Origin: Tricharina praecox
Taxonomy: Eukaryota
Direction of reading: 5' to 3'
Length of the DNA: 64,000 nucleotides
NCBI RefSeq assembly: GCF_024521635.1
Contig: NW_026250404.1
Location: 186,001-250,000, forward strand
In this document: positions 23,166 to 37,104 of the stretch, one piece after another
Layout: each line of letters begins with the position of its first letter
How positions within the stretch are numbered: position 1 is the first letter of the stretch
The notes under the pieces: model-generated
What the model was told of the DNA's origin: nothing
What the model saw: only the letters and a program-made list of their open reading frames with translations
Database searches by the model: none
Translations under genes and position numbers: made by a program

Positions 23166-24219
23166 AGGGGGACTAGTTCCCTCGCCACTGTTCTCCATTG
23201 TTTCTTTTTGCGGACGGAGGATGCTACCATATCATAGGGATATCTTATGGCATCATATGTTTGATTTTTTAGCTTTCTTTTGTATAGCATGAGCCTGGGA
23301 TTTTGTTGGTAGCGTTTTCTGTCATGAGCGTCACATTTACGATAAAATCCGAAAAAATTAACATATTGGTCGATCTCAGCATTCTCGAGATGTCATGCTC
23401 GGTGCTTTGTTACTGCCTGTAACGAGATGCCTCCAGTACTCTCATCTCCGCCAGGCCCCGCTGGAGCGACGTGATACAACGACAAGTTCGATTGCATTAT
23501 GCACATGGGCCCGCTACAGGCAACATCGGATTACAATACGCTGGCTCTCTGAGTCAACCCATCCCAACCACGAAACTCCACGATCGGGACATTTTTTTTT
23601 ACCATGCCATGCCAATGCTCGTCTCGTCATCCCAATGTGACAATGTCCTCTGGTATCGTGGCTGAGTGGTAGCCTATAGGCACATACCTCCTACGTGTAT
23701 ATGTGTACATGGCAGCAGTGCATCTGCGTTTGCGAGCAGTGATTCGATTTGAGATGGATGTTTCAGGCTTTCAGCAACGCGGAGCACACTGAGCGATGAC
23801 TTGAACGATGGAACCCCCCCCCCCCCCCCCCCCCCGGACAGCAAAGCCATATTCGAAATGATGTTGAATCTTCTAAATTTCTAATAGTATACCAATCTCA
23901 CCCCCCAATCTCACCCCCCAACCGAGAGCGCCAAATCCCAAGCCCAGGCCCAAGCCCAAGCCCAATCCAAAAACAAAAACAAAAGCCCAACGATGCGTGG
24001 AGTACAATACAATGTAACACGACGCAAAAAAATCAAACCCAGAACCATGACCGACGAAGAAAGAAAACGAAGAAAAAAACAGTACAGATGACAAGTAACC
24101 CCCCCGCAATGTTAAAAGCGGTGGGGGAGGTATACGAGCGATGAAGCAAAACCGGACAGAAAGGAAAGAGAAGAGATGAACGAGGGAAATGGAAATGGAA
24201 ATCGATAGTAGGTAAGAGG

Positions 24220-25796
24220 CTAGACCCCCTTCTCCCGCTTCGCCTTGACGAGGTACCCCAAGAGGTCGACCTTGGTGACGATGTGGAGCACCTTCAATCC
24301 CTTTCCATCCGCCGCACGCTCCGTGACCACCGCGGCGGAGTTGTGTTCAAAGAAGCGAGTGAGCGCACTGAGAGGAGTGTCCAGAGTGACCTCCTCGAAC
24401 TTCCGCTTGCGTTGGGCATGGTCGTTGTCCGTCTTGACGGAGCCAATCTCGGTGCTGTCGGTGACGATTTCCTTCAGCTTGGTGAAGTTGAACATGATGT
24501 CGCGAACGGGGGTGTCCGGGGTAGCCCAACCGCGCGAGATGTGAGAGAGAAGGTTCCCGAGCGTCACCAGGCCGACGAGACGCTTCGAGTTGCTATCCGA
24601 GAGGACGGGGAGCTGGTCGAACGACTTTTCGCGCATGATTTCCATGGCTTGCTCTGCGGTGCTGGTGGTCTCGACGCCGACTACGGGCTTGAGGTTCAGA
24701 TCGCGGATCTTGGCTTCCTCGCTGGGGGCTGTCGACGCCACAAAGTCGTTGTTCTCCATCCAGGTGTCGTCAACGAACTTTGTGAGGTAGTTACGAACCG
24801 AGTCGGGGAAGACAATGACGATAGTCTTGTCGGGGTGGTTCAGTTCGGGGTTGGATTTCAACAACGCTTCGACCATTGCAGCGAAGGCGGATCCAGACGA
24901 TCCACCGCAGAGCAGACCCTCCTCCTTAATCAGCCGACGTGCATAGGTGAAAGAGCTGCGGTCGTCGGTTTTGATCCAGGTGTCGACAATCTCCTGGTCC
25001 AGCACATCTGGGATGAAATCATAGCCGATACCCTCGACCTTGTAGCCCTCATGGGAATCATTCAACGCCTGCGGGAGCGCGAGGATGGATCCAATCGGAT
25101 CGGCGGCGATGATCTTGACGTTGGGATTGTGTTTCCTGAGACCACGCGCAATACCAGTGATGGTTCCACCGGTTCCAGCGCCGGCAACGATCGCGTCGAT
25201 TTTCCCCTCCACCTGCGTCCAGATCTCCTCAGCAGTTCCCAGCTCGTGTGCGAGCGGGTTGTTCTCATTGCCGTACTGGTCGAGGATGTGGGAGTCGGGG
25301 ATCTCCTGCTGCAGGCGCTTCGCGACCCCTATATGTGATTCCGGAGCGTCGAAGGCGGCCTCGGTGGGTGTTCGGACGATTTCTGCGCCGAGAGCACGAA
25401 GCACCGAGACCTTCTCCGCCGACATCTTTTCAGGCAGCGTGATGATGCACCGGTAGCCCTTCACGGCGGCCACGAGCGCGAGGCCGATTCCACTGTGAGA
25501 TCTGTGAGCATTGGAACGCGGGGTGGCGGTGATGGTGATGGCGCATACGTGTTGCCACTAGTGGGTTCGATCAGCGTGTCTCCCGGCTTGATTCTCCCCT
25601 CGCGCTCCGCTTCCTCAATCATGCGCCGCGCGATGCGGTCCTTGACTGAGCCGCCGGCATTGAAGAACTCGAGCTTGCCGTAGACTTTGGCTTTGATCCC
25701 GAGGGATTGCGGGACGCGGTTCAGGCGCACGAGGGGTGTTCCGCCGATGTGCTCGATGATGTTGTCGTACGCTGCGGGGGTGTTCGGAGGTGCCAT
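24220..25796 (-). CDS. CYS4: Cystathionine beta-synthase, 2 exons
   Basis: GGSVKDRIA (PLP lysine); EPTSGNT|GIGLAL across intron 25493-25548; [30 protein letters not shown]-terminal CBS domains ([14 protein letters not shown]). Confidence 0.97.
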
Positions 25797-28700
25797 GGCG
25801 AGTCGATTGGGTCAATATTCAATGGAAAGGGGAAGTGGGGAGGGATGGCAGCTTAAATGTTACTCGGAGAAAGAACGCAGAAAAAATAATTCGTGAAAGA
25901 TTTGCGAAAGATTCGAGGTGGAGAGGCAAACCCGTGATATGGTGCAATGAGATGGTGGTGGGGGTGCGAGGTATGTAAGGTGTCACACCCATGGGGGTTC
26001 TTGATTTAGCTGGGTTGGGCTTTGGGCTTTGGGCTTCCCCGGTGGTAGCCGCCACTAGTTAGCTCTCGACCCTGCGCCTGTGGCTCGCCACCGCGTGATG
26101 CTTCGCCGCATCTACTCTGCGGTTTCGGACTGGCGATTATGCACTTTTCATCCAAGTCACATCTAATAGTGTGCAATTCACATGAAAGATTATGCAGTAG
26201 CGGTGGGATAATACCTCCTGGTTGGATGGTGACAGAATCCGGAGTATCGTCGCTACTTAGCTACAGCCACGGAGCCGAAGCGCCAAGAGTCAACCGGGCC
26301 GATACCTAGATAGCATCTCCCGCAGTAGGGTTGTGCAGACACGAAAGTGGGTGCAAGTGTGTGCTTTCTTAGAGCAGTTGTTGCGCATTCAATCCACGCT
26401 GAATAGGTGCCCCAGAGCCGGATACTGGTAGCAGGGGCCGGTATTCTGCTCCAAGTGGAGACAAAGTGCTGTTTTTCCAGCTTTATCCGTACTTTTGCAC
26501 TTATCTGTGGTATTACCAGCACTGGATAGCGCCCATATCTACGTTACTCGTTCACTATGATCCAATGGATTTACGTCCATTAGCAATGTAACCAGAGCAC
26601 TTGTCTGTCACCGATCCATTCTTCGTTCACGGACCGGTCACTCACTCACCGATCTTTGTGCGAATGGATGTTCCTATTGTGCAATGTACAGTCCTTTGAC
26701 AGCCTCTCTACATGGTAGTTATCCTCGACGCCTCCTCTTGCTTCATCCCTAGGACATGAGGGCCTAGCAAATCACCGGATCGTGACAGTGAACTGTGACA
26801 GGGAATCACCAAAACCTATAAGCACCCGTCCATCCGTCCGTCACTCGCCGACAGCCAGCGGACGAAGTCGCGATCATCCAGGGTTCAGTGAACAAGTCAT
26901 AAAGCCCAAAGTAAAGTGGCCTACAATGAACGGATTGGCGGGGTCCCGACCAAGGGGAAAAAGCATATATGTAGCGGGGTAGTCAGCACCTAGTGCATTA
27001 ATGAACGTTTCTTTCGTCCGCTTGGGAAGCTCACTGGGTACATTCCTATCTTCTGGCTAGAGATTCCGGATTCCGCCCACCTAATGGGTAGCATGTCGCC
27101 GGGTTCGGATGAGCATCATTCGTCGACTGCGCATGCGCATGCGCGGGATATCACTCGTGGGGCCCTGCATATCTACGAATATGAAAAGCTCGAGACATCG
27201 CGGCTTAGCTACTCGTGCGGCCGAGTATCGGCTTGGTATGTAGACCCATCGATCCATCGGGCGAGAGTACCTAGACGCTGCCGCCGCCGCCGCACAGACG
27301 GACGATCCGCAGGACGTGCAGGGCTTGTTCGGTGAGCCATACGGTTGGTTCGCTACCGAGAGCACCTAGCTAGCGTATGTAAAAGCGAGGATAGTTCAGG
27401 GCAGGCTTCTCGACAGACTACAGTTCATCCCGGATATGAGTGCGGCCAAGCCGGGTGCTCACAGTTCACTCACTCACTCACTCGCTCGTCCGTCCGTCCG
27501 TCCGTCCGTCCACACCGTCGTGTCTTGTCAGTTCAGCTCTGATCATTGAGGCGTGTGTGTGGACTGCGGAAGGCGATGGGTCGTTGGACATCATCCGGAG
27601 TTTTCGACTTCGCTGCAGCTCGAGTCTCAGACTCTCAGTCACTTCGGATGGTCGAGTCGAGTCCTGCTTCTGGTGGCTGGAGTTGATATTTCTGATGGTG
27701 ATGATGGGGATCGGCATTCCCATGCCTTCGCACGATCCACCGCCGTTGGCGTCACTGGCAATGGTTCGATCCATTGGATGTCTCTATCCATGATTCCATG
27801 TGCCCAAGGGTATATTTCCACCCAGCTCACTGATCAAGCTTTGGTATCTACGGGCCCGTTTGGATACGCTCAGTTTTTCAAAAAACCGAAAAGAAAAAAA
27901 ACCGAAACCATGCGGCCCCAGTGCGGCGACGAAACGGGAACTCACCTCTAGAGGTCAGTAGGATGTAGGTCAGTTTCTTCACCGCCACTCAGTACCGCAT
28001 TAACTTCAACCCTGGACCCCCCCTTCCGACAGCGAGGCTACAATGTGTCTACTACCTATTAAAGTTCCAGTGAAGCCTAGGTATTAGGTATTCAGACTTA
28101 TGGCCAAGTATGTACCGGTATACTGAGAACTGCCAAAGTTCACACACTCTGTCCACCTCAAGGTTTTCCAGAAACTGAAACTGAAACTGGCCAGTATTCG
28201 GTGTCCCTGACTCCCGGTGGGGAACTGAATTTGGCTCTAAAACTGGAAGTCTGGAGCTGAAAAGTGAGCATATCCAAACGGGCCCTAAGATCACGCAACA
28301 GCACCCGTCATCCACGTAAAGACACATACGGCACTTCACGATCCACAGAATCGGCACATAATCGGTATTCGCACCTACTATAAGTAGTCCTCTATGTTAT
28401 GCTACGGCACCTATGGCATATGCTCGCCACATCCACATCCGCGGAACCAAGCGCCCCCCCCCCATGCACCCAAGCACCTAAGCAGCACCCACCGGTAATA
28501 AAGTAACGCCTGCCCGGAAGACGAAAAGCAAGAAAGCAAGAAAGAGAAAAAAAAGCAGACCTAGACGCCGCCGCCGCCCCCAAGTTGAAGAAAAAGCGTA
28601 TATAGCAAAGGTACCATACGCCGGAAAACAAACCAAACAATGATGCCCCCGCAAGAGCCCAACCCCCCATAACACAGTAAAAAACCACCTGATTCCAGAA

Positions 28701-28923
28701 TATACCCCCATCCTTAAACGCCCCCTAAAAAACCGACTTTCCCTAACCAGGCTGTTCAATCATAGGATACGAGTACATATTGTGACCCAGAAATGAACAG
28801 AAGAGGGAAGAAAGAAGAAAGAAAGGAAAGGAAACGCCACAAGTAATATCGCACCGAAGTTTTCTCCACCATCCGTCAAGCCATCCTCGAGATCAGTCAC
28901 GCATGCTGTAGCGAATGTTACCA

Positions 28924-30821
28924 TCACAAACGCTGCATCACCTTCTCTACCTCTTTCTGAATGGTCTCTTGCCACTGCTGCTTGTCCAGGATCCCATTCT
29001 CGGAAACAAGTTTGTACACGTGCCTCGAGATTGCTCTGTTGTTCTCGGTGTAACTCTCCTTGTTGATCTTAGCCGGATACAGCGGCTTTAGAACTGCTGA
29101 CACCATCTTGACGATATCGGCTTTGTTCTCCTTAGTGATGTTGAATCTTGGCTTCTTCTGATCTGAATCCGACGTCGATGATTCTCTAGTCCGAGAAGGT
29201 CCAGGTGAAAGCGAGTCTTGACGACCGCCGTTAGTCGACCTGATTTCAGGTGAATGCATGCGGCTCACTGGTGGCGATTTTGGCGCCGGCGCAATTTCCC
29301 ATGGTCTCTTCCTTTCAGCCCTCAGGGGGGAATGTGCTGGTGTCCTGGGTGTCCTGGGTGTCCTGGCAGCCTGCGGTGATAATGGCGAAAAGGTGTTTCG
29401 TCCCCGCGAAACCCCATCGGGAGAGGTCGGACGACTCACCGGCGGAGAAGTGGGCGGGTACGCTGCAGGTGGCGAGCGAGAACGCGACATGGCGCTGGTG
29501 ACACTGGAACGATCCGGAGAGATGGGGCGCATCCTTGTGAGATCCCTTCCAGTAACGTCGGCGGCAGATACTATCGGCACATCCTGAAACCTTCCAATTC
29601 CTTCCAAGATGGAGGTGAAGATCCCTCCCGATGACGGAGAACCGGCATCACTCGCGGCCGCTGAACCTGGCTCGGCATTCCTAGAGGATTCTCCATTGTT
29701 GGTCTGAGTGTTTATGGCCGGAAGCTGAGAGTCCCTCTTGGTCCTAGGCCTCTTGAACTTTCTTCCATCATTCGCACGTCTCGACGTGTCCACGCCGATC
29801 CGAGTGAGCAGTGCTTCCTCGGAAGCGGGACTCCTGCTTCGCTTATTGGGGTTGCTCTCCATGTTCTCGGCAAGTTCCATCATCTTCCACGAGTCGCTCT
29901 CTTCCTTGCTCATCTGGTGCTCCAGATGCGGGAAGGTAGTCCTCGGTCTGGACGTTCGTGTTCTCCACGCGGCGTGCGACTCATCGAATGACTCGTTGAA
30001 TGCATTGCGTCCCGCCCGTCTTGTTTGAACTTCAGCAGCAGCACGGCGCCTGAGCATACGTTGCTCACGCAAGCGCTGGCGATTATTGAGGGCAGCCTCC
30101 CTCTCATAGTAGTCGTCATAATACTCCTCCTGTTCGGCGGAGTCGGCGAACTGCGGGCGAAATAGATCGGCGTCGAGGTGAGACCATGCGTCCGCCCAGA
30201 TTCTCTGCTCCCGGGCAACATCCAACGCCATGAAATGATCGTAAGCGAGTCCTACTTCGTTACGACCTTCCTCTTCCTCTACTTCGGTGAAAATCTGGTC
30301 ACCCTGTTCGGCAACCCTCTGGATTTTGTCTGCGACTTTGTAGGAGGTAAGGATCGGACCTACAGAATCGTTCATCGGATTAGCGCCCGCACAACTCGAG
30401 GCCCCCGGAGAACCACGCAAGCGATAAAGAGACACGTACCTGTCATAAAAGCGAGAACATTGACATCGTTGAAGTTGAGGCGGCATATCGGGCAGGAATT
30501 CGCGATTTCGGTCCAAGGCTTAAGACACTCGTTGTGCATCAAGTGCGAACACGGAACTAGCTGTGCAACTGGCTCGGATTCGCCCGTCAGCGGCACACTG
30601 TCGAACGGAAGACTGCTCAAGCAGAATATGCAATCCACAGCCGTCTCCTCGGCAACAACCGCCGGAGGTGTTATGGGGTCGTCGGCAGGTGGCGAGGGTG
30701 TTATGGGATCGTCTGCAGGTGGCATGGGAGCTGTCGATGACGTCGGGGGTACGGGCATAGCGCGGTCCGAAGCGTCGGGGGCGTCGGAGGAGTCGGAGGA
30801 GGCGGTAGGCGAGGTACACAT
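28924..30821 (-). CDS. RING-H2 protein of the Asr1/PHRF1-like family with a C-terminal SRI-like domain, 2 exons
   Basis: CIFC...PCSHLMHNECLKPWTEIANSCPICR. Intron 30360-30439 gives MTG-PILTSYKVADKIQ. C-terminal KADIVKMVSAVLKPLY...INKESYTENNRAISR. Confidence 0.85.
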
Positions 30822-33800
30822 GTCGAGAATTCGCGAGGACCACAAAAACGAGTAGATTGAAAGAGATAGAGTTCGTGAGGTGTCGTGCGAGTCATGGAAT
30901 GGTCGAGGTTGTTGAGGACGAGAAATAGAAGGGAGAAGAAGGGAGCAAGAGAGGTGGGCGTCGCGACCTTTTAAGCGCTCCACCGCCAAGACATCGATAA
31001 GCTGAGTTCCTTACGGAGTGCTAGTTGCTAGTAGCTGAGGGGTCTGAGAAGCGATCGACACTGGTAGAGTGCACACCTTTTTCTTTTCTTTTTCTTTTTT
31101 TAAATACGACAACTCCGATGGGTGACGAGAGAAAGAAATGGTTCGGGGAATTACTCGGTATTCCCCTATGTGGATGCAGAGAAGGAGGATGATGCGCACG
31201 AATCTTCTTCTTCCTCGTCTCGTGCTTCGGCTTCAAACGCGCTCATCGAATCCGCCCAAGCAGAGGGGAAATCGTGAGTGATCGTTTCCGACCCGCACCC
31301 GTGGTAAAGTGCTATGGTAATTAGAGCACCCGACGGGCGAGGCGGTCATGGCCACAGCTCAACAAGGGACAGCACGGCCACAACCCACGAGAGAGTTGAC
31401 TACGGTGACTATGGCAGCTGAGCAGCTCACTAGCTAGGTGGAGTAGCTATGCGTCAACCTCCACGTATACCGCTGTGGAGTATGTAATCTAGAGTTCCTA
31501 TGGACATGTTTGATCCTCCCCCTCACAGATAACCACCATCACACGCACTCCATAAATCCATCATGCACCTCGCAATTCATCCGGAATGCGGGGAAAGCCA
31601 CATGTGCAGCATTAGTTAGCACCGCTTGGGGGTGCTGAGCGAGCGAGCGAGGCTGCAACGCCGACGCCGCGACGGAGGTTCTGCGAATCCGGCCCCTGCA
31701 TCCTACGTCTCTTTGTAGGACAATTTCATGTCGCTGTGGTTGGTGGCTGGATTTCGGGGCGCATCGCGACATTCGCTCGTCCTTTTGGATACATAATTTG
31801 TCCATGCCCCGTGGCCTGTGGCTGTACAACAAGATGAGGTACCGCTATCTACTGCAGGGGAGCGTGGTTAGACGCAACCTACCTATTCGAAGATGCTAGC
31901 GTTGGACTAGGACATGTGGCTTAGTCTCTGTGCCACACACCCAAAAGCCTCACGCCAAGCGCCCCGGTGCCACAGTTCTTCACCAGCTCTCACTCGCTCA
32001 GGTAATCCTGCCCCGCTGAGTAGGATTTCGACTTTTGCATCGGTTTCCTTCATAACCCTGAACCTTAGAGCCTAGCTACCAGTATCGTTGCAAGAAGCAC
32101 AAATGTGCCATCTCGGAATGTTGGCAGAGGCTGCAAAACTCTCGGAATTAGAGACATCGGGCGAGGTTAAAGGGGAAAGAGGGGGGCCGAGGAAATAGCC
32201 TCACGACATCGTAGTGGCCGAGACACCAGTCATGTACAATGGCACCGTCTTAGAATGATCTAGGTACGTACCACCTCGGAGCCTGACTCTGACTGCTGCG
32301 AGTCTCGGCGGATCAGATGCCACGCCACGAGAGTGTGTGTGGATAAGTCTACTAGGTAGCCATTGAGGTTGGATCTTGGAACTTTGGACGTGGTGAAAAG
32401 TTCGTCTTTGTCTTTTCCTTCTGTGCGGTAGGTAGAGGCCACCGTAAGAGTGGGAAATGTTGTACGAATCCTCATACATCTAGAGCCTGCAGCTAGTGGC
32501 TTAGACATTGATGCCGAAACTGAACTGGACGGTCGACCGAACCGTCGAGTGGATCTCTGAGTGCTCCTAAGAGAGCGCCAGATAAGAGGCGTAATCTTGC
32601 GCAGACTAGGAAGTCTAAAGAAGCGCACGCCTGTTGGGAGTTTAAGCTAGAGTACCTGGGCTCTTGTGGGCGCTGTCCAACTGGTCCATAACTGTTGGAA
32701 ATATGATGAAGTTTAATGATCAATTGCCGTACCAGAGGAAGAGAGGAGAGACAGAGATGTGGGAGGTGATGCTCTGGAGTCTGGGCCGGAAGACATGGAA
32801 GATCAGTCCAAGGGGAGGATAGTTAATCATGAACTGTACACGGTATGTATCAGCTGCTCTGGACTAGAGCGTGCAGTATGAAGCGGGTTAACTGGTTCGA
32901 ATCCTCAGCATCCCCCGGTATCCGAATTTCGCCGTCAGTAAATATTCCCGATGGCTTGAGCTGGAAGGCTTCCAGCCTACGGGCAGTCAAACGGTCCTGC
33001 AGTCGTCGCAGTCTCCGCAGCCTCTACAGCCCGGCTCGGATCCCGAATCGGCTCCCAGTATCTAGACGAGCCCAGCCTGGGCTCTGAGTGTGCCTCCTGT
33101 GATCACTGCTCCGGCCCTCTAAGGTATTGCCCGTCTGCTATCTCTAGCTATCTAGCTTCGACATTGATCTTCCAGTGAACGAGTTCGACACGCCTGCGTG
33201 TGCCAAGCCGGTGTAAGTAGGCGAGAATATTCGCTCAGTGGACACTAGACACTGGAACCCCAGTCGATGCGACGGAATCACGGGACCTGCGAGCCCCCTT
33301 GACTTACGGACATCGGAAGGAAAGAGTTCTGCCGCAGCGAAACACTGGATGGACGAAGACGCAGATTGAGTTTTGTTGAAGAGAAGGAATGGAAACGGAC
33401 GCGATTTCCCTGCATGTGGGCACAGGATTTTCTCCAGGTGCACGTGCGCCGGCTTCGTCTTGTATGTATGACTTGACGGCTTGGGCGGCAGCAGCTGAGC
33501 TGCAGTTGATATGGGGAATGCATGGCCGTTCTCCTCTGCGCGTTGACGGCACGTCTGTATTTATCCACGTCTCCACACGAGCTAGTGATGGTTAGTTGCT
33601 TGTTACGTGTACGGTCGATCAGTGGGGATTCAAACATTCCCCTTTTTCGGAAGGGAAGGTGCTCTACACAGCCACCGTACTGGCCTGCTTCGGGAGGTGC
33701 TCGTTCGCTCGAGACCTCGGAATTCCACAAGCTTGAGCTTGTGCGGTCGCGGGTAGTGGCAAGTGCCGCTACATCGGCATGTGGGAAACACGGAGATCTC

Positions 33801-34370
33801 GACTCGCTGTAAATGTGAGGTACCGGGTGTTTCGGATAGACGGGGTGTTTTCGCCGTTCAAGACATCGCTTCGTGTTTTTGTTTACTCCAGTTGCGGTGG
33901 GTGCTCAGCACGCTCTCCAGACTCCGATCATCCGCTACATACAATGGGCAGCTAGAGCACGATGCTAGAGCAGAGTAGAGCATAGTCACGTCCCCAAGCA
34001 GTTACCCCCGGGAGTCCAGCTGCTAGTTAACCGTGCCAAGAACTCGTCTGGATGAAGTGAAGTCCACCGGCCAATCGGGAGCCGTGGATAAGTTGACTGA
34101 GTCCTCGCTACCCGCAGCCCGTCAATAGAGCGATCCGGGGTTGGTTACACGGCGAGAACCCGCACCAGTTCGGCAGCACTTCAGACATCCGGGGAGCAAA
34201 TCAGTTCTAGAAGCCTGACTGCAGGTCTGTAACAATCCGCGACAGCTCCTCAGCCCCCGTGGAGCTACGCCTAATGCATCGCGATGACCTCCTCCCACCC
34301 TCCCCTCATAAGGGGGAGACAGCCCCCCTCTCGCAGGTTCTCGTCTGGATCTTCTAGGTGACCATCAGCA

Positions 34371-36604
34371 ATGTCTACAACTGCCACGACCGCGGCCACG
34401 GTCATGGCCGCAGAAGCGTCTGCACCAACCGCGGAAACCCCCCTTCTCACACCCTCTTCCCCGGCACGAGCACTTACCGACACACAGTGGGAAACGCTCC
34501 TGGCCTTCGCGGACACGCTTGTGCCCGCCCTGACGACCTCCGAAGTCCTCGCCGTGCGGTCCTCAGTCACGCGCACGGTATCGTCTCCGGACTGGCCGGC
34601 GATCGACCGCTTCCTGCATTCCTCATGCCGCGATTCCCCCGAATTCCGCTTCTATCTCGATGCCGCACTGCACCGATCCCCGGCCAGCGCAAAGCTGGCG
34701 CGCGTCCTCGACATCCTGCAGCGCGGCGGCTGGATGACGTATCTCGCCACGGGCAGCTGGAAGCCGTTCCTGTCGCTCGAGCGGAGTGAGCGCGAGACGG
34801 TGCTCGCCGGGTGGGAGGGCGCACGGCTGCAGGTCTTTCGCCGGCTGTTTGCTGTCCTCAAGGTCATGACTGTCGCCTCGCTGCTGCGAATGTCGCCGAC
34901 GGCCCTGGAGGCGCTGGGTTACCCGCGCGTCGATCCTGACAAGCCGGAGAAACCGCAGTTCCACAAATTCGAGTTCGAGGAGCTTCCCGCTGGGAATGTG
35001 GCCATCGATGCGGACGTGGTGATCGTGGGCAGCGGAGCCGGCGGTGGTGTCGTTGCGCAACGCATGATGCAGGAGTTTGAGGGGCAGGGGTTGAGGCTTT
35101 GTATCCTCGAGCGCGGCGACTGGATTCCCACCGACCAGCTGCCGCTCAGCGAGGCGACGCACGGCCGGATGTATGCCGGAGGCGGAGTGGTCAGGACGGT
35201 GAGCGGGAACGTCGCGATGGTTGCGGGCTCAACTTGGGGTGGCGGTACGGCAATCAATTACTCTGCGTCTCTCCAAACGCCAGCAAAAGTGCGTGAGGAG
35301 TGGAGCCGTGAGTATGGACTGGATTTTGCCGAGACGGCAGAGTTTCAGGAGTGTTTGGACATGTATGTTCTTCTCTTCTTTTTACTTTTTTTCCCTCTCG
35401 CCCGGGCCTCAAGACGGCGGCTGCTGACGAGTCATCGTGAAGGGTCTGCGACTACATGGGCGTTTCGACCGACAACATCCAGCACAATTCTGCAAACTCG
35501 CTCCTCATCGATGGCTGCAAGAAAACAGGAATGGACTACAAGATCGTGCCGCAGAACTCAGGTGGCAACGCCCACAACTGCGGCTACTGCTGCTACGGCT
35601 GTCCTTCGAACCAGAAGCAAGGCGGCACAGCAACATGGCTCGTCGACGCTGTCACCCGCGGTGCGAAAGCAATCCAGCGCTGCCACGTGCGGAAGATCAA
35701 CTTCTCGTCCACGAACGCAGTGACCGGCATCGATGCCGTGATCAACGGGGGCACCACTCACCTCACGATAAACTGTCCGCGCGTAGTAGTCGCCGCCGGC
35801 GCGCTCTACACGCCATGCCTCCTGCTCTCCTCAGGCCTCAAAAACCCGCACATCGGCAGCAACCTCAAGCTGCATCCCGCTGCCGGAATGTGGGCGTTCA
35901 TGCCGAGCACAGTCCCGACGACGCCCTGGCGCGGTCCCATCCTAACCGCGCTCATCACCGAAGCCTCAAATCTGGACGGCAAATACTACGGCGCGCGCGG
36001 GATCTGCGTTCCTCACCACCCAGGCTTCCAAGGCCTACAACTGCCCTGGGGCAACGCCGTACAATGGTGCCAACGCATCCTGCGCTACAAAAACAGCCTG
36101 AGCACGGTCTCGATCGCGCGCGACCGCGACTCCGTTGGCACCGTGACCCCGCACCCCGAGTCCGGCGAGCCGCTGATCAACTACACGTACGCGGCGTTCG
36201 ACCGCGCCGCCGTGGTCGAGGGCCTCGTCGCCCTGGCGAAAGCCTACGTGGCCGCCGGCGCAGAAGAGGTCTGGGTCGATGTTTGTGGCCTCCAACCGCA
36301 CGTCGTCAACAAGGATGGTGTCGCTTCGCCGGAGTTTAAAGCGTGGTGCGATGATATGCGCGCTCGTGGAATTGAGGATAGGGCTACGAGCGCTCATCAG
36401 ATGGGAACGGCGAGGATGGGACAAGATGAGGAATCCTCTGTCTGTGATACACAGGGAAGAGTCTGGGGCACAGAGGGGCTGTGGGTCGCTGATAGCAGTC
36501 TATGTCCCACTGCTACGGGGGTCAATCCCATGGTCTCGACTATGGCGCTGGCGGCTTGGGTCGCGAAGAGTGTGTGTAGGGAGGTTGCGAGGGGGAAGAC
36601 ATGA
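34371..36604 (+). CDS. FAO1: Long-chain fatty alcohol oxidase (GMC oxidoreductase), 2 exons
   Basis: LTDTQWETLLAFADTLVP N-terminus; DVVIVGSGAGGGVVA (FAD); AGSTWGGGTAINYSAS; CGYCCYGC; SAHQMGTARMG; PTATGVNPM. Intron 35363-35442 joins the two ORFs in frame. Confidence 0.93.
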
Positions 36605-37104
36605 TTGTCTTGAGCAGGACCGTATACCCAGTATACGAGAGATGTTGGAATAAACAGTATGTAGCAATTGCGGGTCACGAGGGATGCGGATTTCCGTTGA
36701 ATGCGATAGTGGTGTTGCCACAGCGCTGGCGAAATGTACGTCAAAGGATTGCTTTGATATCAAACGCCTATGTTCAAGTACCCAGAGAACTTATATGTAC
36801 TCCATTTTTGTGACACGCGCATTTCCTGCAGACTATTGATACCACGTATTCTACCCCCGGCTCAAAGCAAGTAGCGGGAGGCTTTGTAGTTACGCATCAT
36901 TGCGAAGCAGCAATTTGCGTTCCGCAAAGCGTGACGTGTCGTGTGGGGTGCAAACTGTCTAGATGTGTTTGTTTTGATCATTAATTTCATGGGACCTATC
37001 CAGATTCCAGATCGTGGCAATATTTATCCACGCCAACAATCGGGCTAGAGAGAGATCTTCCTGTTTCATTTCGCATGCAGCCTATCTAGACTATGGCGAA
37101 GAAA

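Noticed and set aside
22330..23290. Poly-Arg/Met, poly-Leu/Ile and poly-Ser ORFs
   Set aside because: Alternative-frame translations of the GAG/GAT triplet tract.
23651..23755. TGGCTGAGTGG A-box-like motif suggesting a tRNA
   Set aside because: No matching acceptor stem or proper T-arm downstream.
32850..32915. GGTTCGAATCC B-box suggesting a tRNA
   Set aside because: The T-stem does not pair and no cloverleaf can be drawn.
32200..33730. Several 90-150 aa ORFs in the 32-34 kb, 43-44 kb and 54-55 kb intervals
   Set aside because: No recognisable motifs, codon bias or consistent splice model; they may be decayed genes but cannot be supported by eye.
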